DNA from: Octopus sinensis
Taxonomy: Eukaryota
DNA: 64,000 nucleotides
Direction of reading: 5' to 3'
NCBI RefSeq assembly: GCF_006345805.1
Contig: NC_042998.1
Span: forward strand, 89,280,001 to 89,344,000
In this document: positions 41,159 to 54,724 of the stretch, in pieces
Position numbering within the stretch: the first letter of the stretch is position 1
Layout: each line of letters begins with the position of its first letter
Made by a program: the position numbers and the translations under genes
Notes under the pieces: generated by a model
The model's database searches: none
What the model saw: only the letters and a program-made list of their open reading frames with translations
What the model was told of the DNA's origin: nothing

Positions 41159-41235
41159 TCGTTAGCGCACCAGACGAAACGCTTTCTCCCGTTGCTACGC
41201 TCTGGTTTCAAGTTCCACCGAGGTCGACTTTGCCA
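41145..41235 (+). mobile_element. SINE family B head fragment
   Basis: GAATCGTTAGCGCAC..CGAAACGC..TTCCACCGAGGTCGACTTTGCC matches 18193-18280. Confidence 0.65.
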
Positions 41236-41990
41236 GTTTTTTCAACCTCTTTACTTACAACATTCATGTCATTTGGTATGGCTACATCAATGATCTGACA
41301 GTATTTGTCTTCCTTATTCAATATGACAATATCCAGCCGACGGTGTTCGATTACATGATTTGTCTGAAAATCGCAGTCCGAGAGTATCGTTACTTTACCA
41401 CCCTTCTGCATAACCTTATTTGATACATGCTCATACTAGTTCTCTATTACTTCATATTGGTATTTATGGCATAGGAGCCAATGAAGACACACACTTCATC
41501 GTGGCGGCGTTTGTATTCTTTTTGTGCAAGGATCTCACATCTACTCACTAAGTGGGTCACATTTTCCACACTCTTTCCACAGAGTCTGCCTTTCTGGATG
41601 TCAGAAGTTTTATAGACGTTATACTTCAATGAATTGGTAGCGAGAGCCTGGTCCTGTGCATTAATAATCAGGCTTTCGGTGGTATGCTTCCAATCACCTC
41701 GCTTAAGCCATACCCACGATGCTCTTTTATCCTTAACGTATTGTGTATTCCTTTCAAACTGTCCATGCATTCTCATTTCAAGGTCTTCTTTTCTCTTCTT
41801 TTCAGTTCTTTGGTTAAACTCTGTGTTGCCCATCATTTCATCTGCATTTACACCCACATCATTCGCGGCATATTGTAGCAGGTCTTCATCACTTTTTATC
41901 AAATACTCGGTAAACGTTCTCCTTTCACTCTCTATACAATGATCTATACTAATTATCCTCTGCCACCATTCTTTCTTTTCATACAGTCTG
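41236..41990 (-). mobile_element. R4/Dong-like RLE LINE fragment
   Basis: MHGQF, TESLIINAQDQAL, CCHC-like RLCGKSVENVTHLVSRC, KRRHD and RRLDIV..IIDVAIPND (RLE). 5' junction lies in (AAT)n. Confidence 0.88.
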
Positions 41991-41996
41991 TTATTG

Positions 41997-42051
<55 letters not shown>

Positions 42052-42096
42052 CATTATTATTATCATCATCATCATCATTATCATTATTATCATTAC

Positions 42097-45000
42097 ATTT
42101 GCTGCGGACGTGTTTCCGAACTCTCTAAGTAAGTCCTGTTTAAAACATTTGTTTACACCTATTTGGGGCCAATTTTCGGTTTACATTTTTTTCCCAAGTT
42201 CTTAATAGAAACACCAGGAACCTGTCGCTGAGTCTCTGTGTTTGTTTGGCCCCTTCGCGGGGCTATTTTCCCACCCCAAAATAAGTTCGATGGGCGTTTA
42301 ATCATATATAATTCAGCAAGATGGCGGAGCTCATCTTGAAAGAGTTAAGAATGAGAACTGCCCGTCCCGCAGGTCTATTGACTGCTGAAGAATTCCCTTC
42401 CATTGCTTCTTTTACTGACAACACAATACTGGAAAAGAGGAGAAAAAGTACAAAGTCCACATCGCAGTAGCAGTAGTGGCAACATCGACAACAACACTGG
42501 TAGCAATGACAGTGACAGCAGCTGCCGCAGCTGTAGGAGTAGTGGTAGCAGCAACAACACACAAAAAAAAACAGCAATAGCATCAGCATCGGCAGCAGCA
42601 GCAGTGACAGCAGTAGCAAAGACAGCAGTTTTGTTAGCGATGCTACGATTTTAACGGAAAAAATAATGCTACAACTGAAAGCGGAGTGGAAGGAAATATC
42701 GGTAACAGCAGTGGTGAGAGTGGCCACAATGGGAGTGGCTACAACTCTACCAGCCAAAACCAATATCATCAGCAACAGAAGCAACAACAACATCAACAAT
42801 AGCAACGATGATGACAACGGCAACAAAAAAGAGAGAAAGAGACAGAGAAATGTTTACCATCGCACCCAATGAGAGAACACGTGAACTCTCAAAAGCGAAA
42901 GACATTATCAAATTTAAGTGGAGTAATAGAGGCAAAAGAAAAGAAGACAGATTATTTTAGATGCGTATCACACAAAAGTAGAAGAACGGAAATAGCCTCC
43001 ATCAGTCATACTGAGACGGCCCTAAAAGAAATTTTAATAGGTGTCGCCCATTTGCAGAGAGGGGGGCAGTTTGCCAACATAGAGGTTCTCTTTAAAAGTT
43101 AGAACCTCGCGCGAAGACACGCAATGTCACGTTCGTGGACTGAGGAGTGGGTCCTGTATCGCACCTGCCTCAAAGAGAACGACCAGCATTTGGATTACGG
43201 GTGTGCCGCCGGGTGCAAACGTCTAGTGGATTGTCGCCCGTGTGGTACAAGACCCAGTGTCACTTCTGTAGGTTAAAAGGAGCAGCAGGGAAAACTGATT
43301 CGGGATCAACTTGGAAATATTAAAATATGTAAAACCAGAAATATCGATAAGATCCCGGACCTGACCCAACTGCCCAACGGGGTGGAACTGCGTGTCGGTA
43401 TTGAAGGCAAGAAGCCCAGATGCGACATCTTTAAGGCCACAAGGGGCCTGAGAGCCTTCTGCCCACAAAAGTAGGGAGGTGCGCTGTCACACCTACAGCC
43501 TACATCGCATCGCCAACAACAGCAACAACAACAGAGACCGTTTAACAAAACTGTAACTTCATCAACAACAATAGAGGCACATGAACCCCATAGATGTGCC
43601 TCCCAGAATATCTGTCAAACTAGCCCCCTCACCCCCTCTTTCAAGCATACACTCAGAGAAACACGCACACACTATCACAGACACACTCACACTCCCCTAG
43701 ACAGATCCTACAAACACTAGTCCTTCCTCATCCCGTAGTGAAGACGAGGAAGAACCTTACAAAGCCAAAAAGTCCTAAAAGACAAAGGAAAAAGAAAACA
43801 GATGACTCTACACCAACACCTGAAAACATAGCAAGCCCCCAGCACATAGAACATAGACACAGTGAAAACAACACCAGTACCACCATCCCCACAACCATCT
43901 CTACCTAAACCAAATACACCAAAGCACTCACAACCATACGTAACCCCCAAAAGAAGGCCAAACGTCAGTGCCACGCAGAGGCTTTTAGCCGGTTTCCCAA
44001 AGGAACCACGGCCAAATCCGACCGACTTTCCAACAGCTCCAGGAGGGTCAGTAACCCCGCTCTTTTTTTCTTTTTCTCAATCATTTCGAGCCGTGGTGGC
44101 GATTGTCAGAGTAGGCTGCACAAATAATCGTCACCTGGGGTCATCCTGGAAGCAAGGTCGCTTGCTCAATTACCTCAGGTTGCTAGATTTGGATGTGATA
44201 GGAGTCAGTGAGACTAGGATTTCCGACACACGTGATCTTGCATCCATTTTCGACGATTATGAAATCTATGAATCTTTCAATCGGCCCGGAATGGGAGAGC
44301 TGTTTAGGAAAGGCCTGGATCTCGAAGTTTGGACGATCTTCCCGGATCCGGAGGGTAAAATCGTGGTCCTAGGCGTGAACGACAGTGAAGCTAGTGCCTT
44401 TAGACCAGTCGCTGATTACTCCACCACGAGGGCAAGTCAGCTAGATTTCTTCAGACGTTCGGAAATTTTCCTTGGGATGTAACTCTCTTTAATGCTAGTG
44501 GGTGACTGGAACGCCATTTTGGACGCGCACCTGGAAACTGATAGGACAGAGAAGAGTAAAAGCCTCACGATCCAGTTGGCTGACACGTACTGACTGGATC
44601 TCGCGAAATCGCCAATATGAATATGGGCAAACCTCATCGGGTTTTCAGATCGTATTTTGTAGGCTTGTAGATAGAAGTTGTTTAAATTGTCCAGGTTTCA
44701 AAGTCTTCAGCTGCATGGACCATACATTTGTGATCTGTATAGTCGACATAGATAGGATCCATCGACAAGGTCCCGGATACTGAAAGCTGAACGCGTCCTT
44801 CCCGGCGCGCCAAGCTTTCAGAGACCGAGTTAGCAAGTTAGTCCATCGCAATTTGGCGGGTGCAATCGTCAACAACGGATGGTGGTTAGCCCTGGAAAGG
44901 GCTATTAGAGTAGAGGCGGTAGGTTTTAGTAAGGAAATAGCGTTAGAGGGATCTAGGGAAGAAGGGTACCTAGTTAGGATGTTAGAAGAGGCACTTAGGA

Positions 45001-47562
45001 AAGGCATAGCGACCGACGTACTAGCCGCGATATTGGTTCTTGCTCAACTTTTCAATGCGAAGTACGGAGGTCGCATAGTCAGAGCTAAGGCGCGTGCACT
45101 GAGACGGGAGGGAACGAAAGCCGTTCAATGGGCCCGGGTGGCGAACGTGCTAAGTGGAAACAAAGCAATAATTCGGATTTTGGTGAGCTGTGATGAGTGC
45201 ATGATAACCAAATCCAAGCAGATGTGTTCGGAATTTCAGCGGCACTTCCCCGAATTGTATGAGGCATGCGGTAGTACTCGGACAGTGATGGATTTCACCT
45301 TTTAACTAGTGGCATACCGCGCCTCTCAGCCAGTGATGCGGTGTTCTGCGAAATGCCAATAACAACCGAAGATATACGGGACACGATGATGAGCTGTCCA
45401 AGAGAGAAGTTTCTGGGCGGGATGGTCTGCCCTTCAAACTTTATTTTCATATGCCAGACTTGTTCGGTAGTCTCTTGGCAAACGTCTACCACAACAAGCA
45501 GCAGAACGGGAAAATTCCCAGCGCTGGGGGCCGTAGAGTGGTGGTGCTGTTGAGGGGGACAAAATTGATAATTTTAGGACCGAAATTCTGAATGTAGATT
45601 ATAAGATGTTAGCAAGAGGATGGCGCTTGTCGAGATATTGGTTGGTGACTCGCAGACATACGTTACCCCAAACAGAACTATCCACGACAACCTCCACTTC
45701 ACGTACTACATCGCAGGGAAGATGGGTAAAGAGAATGGCATGAGTGGGGCTCTGATCAATTCGGATCAATCGAGACCTTTTGCTAGGGTCGACCATCAAT
45801 ACTTGGATGTCGTTCTTGCGGCAGCAGGTTTCGGTCCCATCTTCAGAGGCTGGATCGCTGCAATGTACAGCGATACCTCTTCGATGGTCAAAGTAAATGG
45901 CCACCTATCGGAATCGTTTAGCATCGTTCGTTCGGTCCGTCAAGGGTTCTCACTCTCGCATCTTCTGTACGTACTGGCTCGCGAGGCATTGCTGCGGAAG
46001 CTGGATGTTTCGAGAGGTATCCCGGTAGTTTCGTGTCGGCTTACGCGGACGATGTCACCGTAATAGTTTCGGTCATCTCGGAAATCGAGGTAGTCGAAAC
46101 TGCTCAAAGGGAGTAAGAAGCGGTGACAGGAGCAAAGATCAACCAGGACGAGTCATGGGGCCTGTAACTCGGCACCTGGAGAGACAGGTCCATGCTAACC
46201 AACAGCGTTCTAGGGCACTGGATGGAAGGATCGGTTAAATTGCTCGGGGTCTGGTTTGGTCCAGACCTTCAGGTAGACAAGAACTCGGGGGAGGTGACGA
46301 GTAGGGTAGCCAATCTCATCCAGAAATGGGCAGAGAAGGTGTCCCTGAAATGTCAGGTGGAGGTGTCGAATGCATACATCGCTTCCATCACCTATTACCG
46401 ACTGACTGTCATCCCTTACCCTAATTCGTGCCTGATGAAGTTGGAGCGCTTGCTCGCCCACTTTCTATGGAAGGGACGTATTCCGCTCGTCGGTTGCTCC
46501 ACCTGTTTTCAACAGTCGCTAAGTGAAGGACAGGACTTGCTGTGGCTAATGATGCGCAGACATGCGCTGAGGCTGCGACATCTCCAGCGTTTCCTTAACG
46601 GTGATTAAATGTGGTCGCCGTTCGTCAAACGGGACTTTCTGCAGCACGTCTCATTGATCGGGCTACAGTCCTGGGTCAAACATAGACAAGAAAGGGCGCT
46701 TGGCACCTAGAGTGTCGGCAAACGCTCACAAGTTTCTGCCAGTCGGGCAACGCGGCAGGTGGAAATTCCATTATGGAGTCCTATAGGGGATTAGCGGAGG
46801 GAAAGAGCGACGGCGTACTCGGGGGAACTCTGGAGCCTGGAGGGATCACCCAACTGGTCTTTTCCAGTGGGCTTTCGGGCCAGGGCCTGTTGATAACTTC
46901 CGGTTCGAGACAAGCTCTACAGACACGGAAGTGCTGCCCGATGTGTGCGCAGGGCAATGAAACCGTCCTGCATGCACTCGTCCAGTATCCGTGCATTACT
47001 GACTTGTGGTGCTTTGACGAACAGCTGTTGTCACGTATAGGACTGTGAGGATCACCCTGCTGCCTTTTTTTGGCCGGGGGGGGGGTGAAGACACCCTTCC
47101 TCTGCTTGGTGGCAATAGCGAAAGAAGTAGTGAGGTGGACGAGACTGAAAGGACTGAAGGCAGACACTTTCCTCTTCAACCGAACCCTCACCAATTTTTT
47201 CATGTTTCTCTTGAAAAGGAAAGTGAGGTTAGAGAGGGAATTACTGCCCACCGGTAATTGTATTGAAAGGTGGATGAATGTTACGAATGGGTCTATAAAG
47301 CGGAGCAGTTGAGGGGAAGATGGGTACCTTTCTGGCGTGCCCTTGGTAATCGGAGTAACCAGGATGTGCGGGGTGCCCTGATTGACCCTGGGTGAAACTC
47401 CCGCCCTCCATTTGGAAATTTTCTTGTTAGATTTTTGTTAACTGTTAATTTGTTAATTTGTTTTCTTTTGTTTACATGTTTTCTGTTTTAAACCCCACTT
47501 GTCCCTTATTTTGTATTGTCCCTCTATGTATTTGTGTTCAGCCCTTGTGATCAATAAAGAAA
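42097..47562 (+). mobile_element. Near full-length degraded L1/Tx1-clade LINE (~5.5 kb)
   Basis: Candidate ORF1 from ATG 42321. ORF2 remnants: APE (DVIGVSETR, VGDWNAILD, GPGY*KLNAS), RT (NVDYKMLA, PNRTIHDN, DQSRPFARVDH, SVRQG, AYADD) and C-terminal CPMC..ETVLH. Ends AATAAAGAAA. (ATT)n on both sides. Confidence 0.9.
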
Positions 47563-47577
47563 CGATTATTATTATTA

Positions 47578-47678
<101 letters not shown>

Positions 47679-48222
47679 TAGTGCGATGATACTGATTATA
47701 GTTTCGGTTGAGGTAGTGGTGGTTTCATTGACCGGAATAGCGTTAGTAGCAACTGTTGAGGTAGTAGAAGTAATAGTAGTAATAATATTAGTTGTTTTTG
47801 TTGCTGTTGTTCTTGTCGTCGTCGTTCTTGATCTTGTAGTCGTCTTTGCTACTGCTGTAAGAGAAGAAGGAAATATGGTGATGATGGCGGGTTTAATATT
47901 ACCAGTGTTTCTAGGCCAGCGTATAGAAGCAGGTTATCCTTAAGTTCTTTCGGACGAACTGTGTGTAAGAAATTCTACACTTCAATAGCAAGCGACTTAC
48001 GAAACCAGGTTAGGAACTGACAATTATACAAGATTTTTCTTTTTTGTTATATTTTCTTCTTTCCTTACATTTAAAGTAAAAATTAAATATGTAATTTGTT
48101 TGGCTGAATTTTGTTGAAATTCTATGTTGGTTTCCAGTCACTGTTTGTTTTAAGTATCTTAACTATCTACTTATTACGTCATAATATCAAGCCACACACA
48201 TGGCATATTCATATATATATAT

Positions 48223-48621
48223 TCTCTTTACTTTTTACTCTTTTACTTGTTTCATTCATTTGACTGCAGCCATGCTGGAGCACCGCCTTTAATCGAGCAA
48301 CTCGACCCCGGGACTTATTCTTTTGTAAGTCCAGTACTTATTCTATCGGTGTCTTTTGCCGAACTGCTAAGTAACGGGGACACAAACACACCAGCATCGA
48401 TTGTCAAGCAATGCTAGGGGGACAAACACAGACACTTATAGATATATATACATATATATGACGGGCTTCTTTCAGATTCCGTCTACCAAATCAACTCACA
48501 AGGCTTTGGTCGGCCCGAGGCTATAGTAGAAGACACTTGCCCAAGGTGCCACGCAGTGGGACTGAACCCGGAACCATGTGGTTGGTAAACAAGCTACTTA
48601 CCACACAGCCACTCCTGCGCC
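48223..48621 (-). mobile_element. SINE family A, full length, well preserved
   Basis: Minus strand starts GGCGCAGGAGTGGCTGTGTGGTAAG (A-box) with GGTTCAGTCCC (B-box) and has an AAAAGT-type tail. Confidence 0.92.
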
Positions 48622-48634
48622 TATATATATATAT

Positions 48635-48724
<90 letters not shown>

Positions 48725-48733
48725 TAATATATA

Positions 48734-48810
<77 letters not shown>

Positions 48811-48917
48811 GTATGTATATATACATATATATGTATGTATCTATGTACGTGTGTGTCTGTGTAATAATTTTGCCAATTAACCAGTACGTAAATGAAAACC
48901 TTTTAGGTAAATTTTAC

Positions 48918-49145
48918 AAATTATTCTATAATTATAACAAATGATCAGCAACGTTCTCGCCACGTACTGAATTAGAAATAGAGGCTAATGTATTTTTTAC
49001 TACCATAAAAATCTTCAAAAAATATTTTCTCGGAGATTTTTATGGTACTAAAAAGACATTAGCGTCTATTTCTAATTCAGTACGTGGCGAGGCACATAGC
49101 AGACCACTTGTTATAATTATATATATAATTATAGAATAATTTTTA
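48918..49145. repeat. Foldback hairpin, ~100-bp arms and ~15-nt loop
   Basis: CTCGCCACGTACTGAATTAGAAATAGA..CCATAAAAATCT pairs with AGATTTTTATGG..TCTATTTCTAATTCAGTACGTGGCGAG. Confidence 0.9.
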
Positions 49146-49154
49146 TATATACAA

Positions 49155-49260
49155 AGAGAGAGACCTCAAAGTCATTGAAATTTCATGGCATGAAGTTTCA
49201 ATCGCCGCAGTCGACCGACCACGTTGGAGAAGCCTTGCCACACGGCGCAGGACATAACAC

Positions 49261-49332
<72 letters not shown>
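49155..49332 (+). mobile_element. LINE (RTE-like) extreme 3' end with (GA)n tail
   Basis: Reads RDLKVIEISWHEVSIAAVDRPRWRSLA, a typical LINE C-terminal motif, followed by (GA)n. Confidence 0.55.
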
Positions 49333-49335
<3 letters not shown>

Positions 49336-49464
49336 TATCTACACACATTTAGTCGTAAATACATGTGTGTATGTGGGAAACGATGTACATTCTAGACGTT
49401 TTTAGGAGAGGTAGTTACAACTGTTGTAGATTACTGTAATTTTAGTATATCATTACTATATATA

Positions 49465-50592
49465 CAATAAGCTGGCCTGTCAAATTTCTTTCTTCTAGAT
49501 TGAAGGAAACGACTGTAACAGTACTTTGAACACACCTTACTGGACACTGGTTGCCATAGCTCACTAGTTTCCAAATTACAGTCTTGACGTGAAGTCAGCC
49601 TGGGGGTTCGCTGTGCAATAAAGTTTTATGTTAAACTGAGCAAAAACGCTATAGAAACTTATTAAATGCTCCTGACTGCGTGCGGATTAGCTTGTATGAG
49701 CTGAGCATCTGATTTTCGCTGGCTTAAAAGGTTTAAGGACGGCAGAGAGGAGTTAAAAAAGATGAGTGACTTGAGAGGGAGAAAAATATTAGAACATCAG
49801 AGCTGGTTGAGAAAATTTCTAGATGAATACCATCGTTTACCTAAAGAACAACGATACAGTTTGAAGATGGTGTTGCAACTGAACACGGAATTATTAATGA
49901 AGACCTGAACTTTCACAAATTTTGTGCAACGTATGCTTCCAGGATGCTCAAGGAAGAAACAGAAGATACGACGCGTTGGATAACATTATGATCCAAAGAC
50001 CAAAGTGCCCAATGGAAGTATCCTGGCTTTCCTAGACTCGAGAAGTTAAGCCAAAGCAAGTCTACCGGGAAATTCATAATGATCCCCTTTTTAGACAGGA
50101 AAGGCATCATCTACATTCATTGGACTCCCTCTAGTCAGACGATTAAGAAAAATGTTCTAGTGGTTTTGAAGGAGTTCAGGAAGAAATTCCGTCGCAAAAT
50201 GCCAGAGCTCTTCAATTTGTGTTGGTGGAACCTGCACTAGGACAATTCACTGGCCTACAATTCCTCTTGGTAAACTTCCATTTGAGAGAGAAGAGCAGCA
50301 AAACTTACATTTACTCTCCCCAAAGTTCGGGCTTCGCTCAATGTAACTTTTTGTTGTTCCCGAAGCTGAAGGAAAATATCAACGACAGTCGTTTTGCAGA
50401 CATAGAAGAAATGGAAGAAGCTGTAACAAGGGCCTTGGACACCTTCACTTTGAAGGACTTCCGCGGAAGCTTCATGAAGTAGCTGGGGCGCTACAACAGA
50501 TGATCCTGCTTCGAAGGAAATTAGAGTTTTATATTTCTTTCAAATAAATAAATGTTTCTCTTGAAAATGTCTAAAACCTTCTGTAATGCATC
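49465..50592 (+). mobile_element. Degraded mariner transposon
   Basis: AIKFYVKLSKNAIETY, FRWLKRFKDGRE, QWKYPG and YSPQSSGFAQCNFLLFPKLK remnants. Ends approximate. Confidence 0.8.
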
Positions 50593-51470
50593 ATGCACAC
50601 ACATACACACACACAGAAAAACACGCGCGCGTACAAAACACACACACACGCACGCACACACGCACACTCACACACGCACACGAAACACACACACGTCCTC
50701 TACACCAGGTTAATGTCTGTTATGATTATTCCTTTGACGTGAACTTTTTATCATTAATTTTGTATCATTAATTTTGTATGTAGTTAGTATTTATCCCAGA
50801 CACCATCCACTCATGTTGTCGTCGAAATGTGTTATTTCATTTGGACTGGACCAATGAATTTCTCTCTTTTCTTTATAAATATTATGTAAGTCATTTTTCT
50901 AAATTTTCTTCTTTTTTGAGAGAGGGGATATTTACCGTCTCAGATCCTATGTGATTGGTCAGCTCGAAGAGATTAAAATCACATTTATGTAACAGCCACA
51001 AACCAGCGGCTGCAGAGAAAGGTGCGTGCAGGGAATTAATTGCCAAGACTAGGGTTCTTGGTTATAAGGACGGGTCATACTTTTTCAGCGCGGGGTCAAA
51101 ACGTAGTGTTAATATAATGCTGATCGCCAGAGAAGAAGAGAAGCTATTCAAGTGGGTTTTGAGCAGAAATAACACGGCAACGACTAAGTTCGAAGAACAG
51201 GGGCAAATGCAGTAACGGTAAAGAATGCAAAAAAATGGAGAGAAGGCAGCGCTTTTGTGGATCATGGCGTGTTACTTTTCAAATAATTGCATGATATGTA
51301 ATATTAAATGTAGAATTAGAATTAAATAAACCATAGCAAATAAAGAACTTAATTAAATATAAGCTCCTACATAAATTAGACTTAATTTTAAAGAGTGCAA
51401 AAGAAGTATAAGTAGAAAAATATTAACTATAACGCTGAATATTAAGTCAATTTTAAAATTAGAAAATAAA

Positions 51471-51892
51471 GGAGTGGCTGTGTGGTAAGTAGCTTGCTTA
51501 CCAACCACATGATTCCGGATTTAGTCCCACTGTGTGGCACCTTGGGCAACTGTCTCCTACTATAGCCTCTGGTCGACCAAAGCCTTGTGAGTGGATTTGG
51601 TAAACGGAAACTGAAAGAAGCCCGTCGTATATATATGTATATATATATATATATGTATGTGTGTGTATATGTTTGTGTGCTTGTGTTAGTCCTTCCACCA
51701 TCGCTTGACAACCGATGCTGGTGTGTTTACGTCCCCAGAATCTAGCGATTCAGCAAAAAGAGGCCGATAGTATAAGTACTAGGCTCACAAGGAATAAGTC
51801 CAGGGGTCGATTTGCTCGACTAAAGGCGGCGCTCCAGCATGGCAGCAGTCACATGGCTTAAACAAGTAAAAGAATAAAAGAATAAAAGAATA
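51471..51892 (+). mobile_element. tRNA-derived Octopus-type SINE family A, full length
   Basis: GGAGTGGCTGTGTGGTAAG head, internal (TA/TG)n, (AAAAGAAT)n tail. At least six copies in the window. Confidence 0.92.
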
Positions 51893-51917
51893 ATAGATGA
51901 ATAGCTTATTATTATTA

Positions 51918-51981
<64 letters not shown>

Positions 51982-51982
<1 letters not shown>

Positions 51983-52539
51983 GAGTGAGAGAGCAGTTCA
52001 TGCCAGCAAAGTGACACTGGGGTAAAATATACGAAGCCCAATATACCCATCATGACTACCCGTCTGATAAAGGTACACAAGGCACATGCATCACAACCAT
52101 ATGTGCGCGACATAGTGATCTCATATCAAGATAAACACCGCATGACCTTGCAGGTAAGGCCCACTTAGAATTTTCTTCTGGTCGAGTAACTCATCCCGCT
52201 CAAAAGGTCCCTGAATAAGGGTTGTTTAAGGATGTTGAACAGACCACCCATGTTTCCAAAGGTGAATTATCCAAACCTCCAAGAATTCCTTTCAACACAT
52301 GGCTATGATGCTCCCCCACTACTTCTGCTCGTGATCAAAGATGCACATATTGTCAGCCACTAAGGGATATACTCAACTGGTTAAGGTCAAACAACTGACA
52401 AGCAAATATGTGGTATTGAGCAGAATATTTACCGTAGCCCATCTTTTATACCAAGACAAAACAATGTACATGATAACACTTCCAATCAGTTAAGATCAGA
52501 AGCCATGAGAGCCACTGTCTGGTACTGCATCGGGGCATC

Positions 52540-52591
<52 letters not shown>

Positions 52592-53165
52592 ATAATAATA
52601 ATAATAATTGCCCTGATGCAGTACCAGGCAGTGGCTCTCATAGCTTCTGATCTTAACTGATTGGAAGTATTATCATGTACATTGTTTTGTTTTGGTATAA
52701 AAGATGGGCTACAGCAAATATTCTGCTCAATACCACAGATTTGCTTGTCAGTTGTTTGACCTTAACCAGTTGAGCATGTCCCTTAGTGGCTGACGATATG
52801 TGCATCTCTGATCACGAGCAGAAGTAGTGGGGGAGCATCGTAGCCATGTGTTGAGAGGGATTCTTTGGGGTTTGAATAATTCACCTCTGGAAACATGGGT
52901 GGTTCTTTCAACATCCTTAAACAACCCATATTCAGGGACCTTTTGAGCGGGATGGGCTACTCAACCTGAAGAAATTTCTAACTGGGCCCCACCTGTAAGG
53001 TCATATGCTGTTTATCCTGATATGAGATCACCATGTCGCGCACATATGGTTGTGATGCATGTGCCTGGTGTACCCTTATCAGACGGGTAGTCATGATGGG
53101 TATATTGGGCTTCGTATATTTTACCCCAGTGTCACTTTGCTGGCATGAACTGCTCTCTCACTCAA
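51982..53165. repeat. Two ~555-bp copies of one interspersed repeat in inverted orientation around an (AAT)n spacer
   Basis: 51982-52537 is the reverse complement of 52609-53165 with scattered substitutions. The ORF track shows the same peptide on both strands. Confidence 0.92.
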
Positions 53166-53436
53166 TAATAATAATAATAATAATAATAAAGGGTGAATAT
53201 GGTGTTGAAATCGAAACTGAATGCCAAAAGTTTGATTACCGGAGTTGCGGTGGTCAAATGGACTAAGGAGGAAATATCAACACTGGATAGAAGGACGAGG
53301 CTGCATGGGGCGCTACACCATAAAGCAAACGAAAAGAAAGAATGGTGGCAGAGGATTAATTAGTATAGACCATTATATAAGGAGTGAAAGGACAACGCTT
53401 GTCCAGTATTTGATAATTAGCTAATTTGTCAGAAAA

Positions 53437-53620
53437 AGGGTTGTCAGCAATGAAGGACATGTGATGCCTCCTCACTTCTTTCCACAAGGTCTTAGAGTTA
53501 ACCCTGCCGCCTACATTGAGGTCCTGGGAATAATTGTTAAGCCCTGGATAGAGAGTGTAAGCATTGAAAGGCCATATGTGTTTAGTAAGACTCTGTACTA
53601 TCACACATATCTCTAGTAAC
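53437..53620 (+). mobile_element. Tc1/mariner-superfamily transposase fragment
   Basis: GVVSNEGHVMPPHFFPQGLRVNPAAYIEVL..VKPWI..RPYVF lies in the region before the second catalytic D. Confidence 0.7.
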
Positions 53621-53659
53621 ACCTTGTATACATATGTATGTATGTGTATATATATATAT

Positions 53660-54692
53660 ATACATATATATATGTGTGTGTGTGTGTGTGTGTATGGAAA
53701 AAGTCAAGGTATAAAATGCTAAAATACTTTTATAAAAACATTTCAGTACCGGTTTCAGTCATGGCGAATTTTTCAATTGTAAGTATGGAAAAATCAAATT
53801 TTGGAAAAATTAAAAGACAAGTTTTTAAAAGAATATTTGCATAGTGTTCAAATACAAGGGGCATTTTCCTTGTTTCTGACTGTTTCTGTCTATCTTGTTT
53901 ACTCTTGTGGGTTCGAGGTCGTTGTGAATTCTTGGTAGGAAGAAGAAGAAGAAGAAGAAGAAGAAGAAGAAGAAGAAGAAGAAGAAGAAGAAGAAGAAGA
54001 AGAAGAAGAAGAAGAAGAAGAAGAAGAAGAAGAATGCGGGAGTGCCATAATAGTAGTATGTTAAATGGTCAAGTGCCCTGAAAGTGACCCGTTGTGGATG
54101 GTAGTAATTAATGAATTCCTGAAACTTCCCTTTTGAATGTTTTGTTTATAAAATTACGTTGGCGCAATTCTCTAGCCAGAATTGAATTGCCTCTATTCAT
54201 AGATTGTGGGGAATATTGGAATAGAGGTTGACTTCATCGAAGGATACTAGTAGGGTGTTTTTGTTTATTATTTGCGGAAGGTGATTGAGCATATCCAGGT
54301 CGTCGCTTATATAGCTTTTGACATGCTTGAGGAATGGTTTTAAGAGGGTATCTAAAAGTTACTGAGGTGGTGGGTTTCGCACCATATTTATGCACATATG
54401 GGTACAGGACGTCACACACAGTAAACATGAAATACGAAAACGCCACGCATCCATTTCAAGTAAGTTTATCTTAGTCTTTTTGATGCGACTCTACCCTATA
54501 CTGTTCTCTCCTCTTATCGTTTTCTCTCTCATCCTTTCTCTAATTCCTTTTTTCTCCCCTTCACCGTTTTCTATTTGTCTGTCTCCCTCCCTATTTCTCC
54601 TTTACTCTCTCTCCATTGCTCACACGTGAACATCGTCCATCTTTCTTTTCCTCTCGTGATCATATATATATATATAATATATATATATATAC

Positions 54693-54724
<32 letters not shown>

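Noticed and set aside
48540-48621. tRNA genes (also 18181-18265 and 51471-51545)
   Set aside because: A and B boxes belong to SINE heads that continue into SINE bodies. No full cloverleaf.
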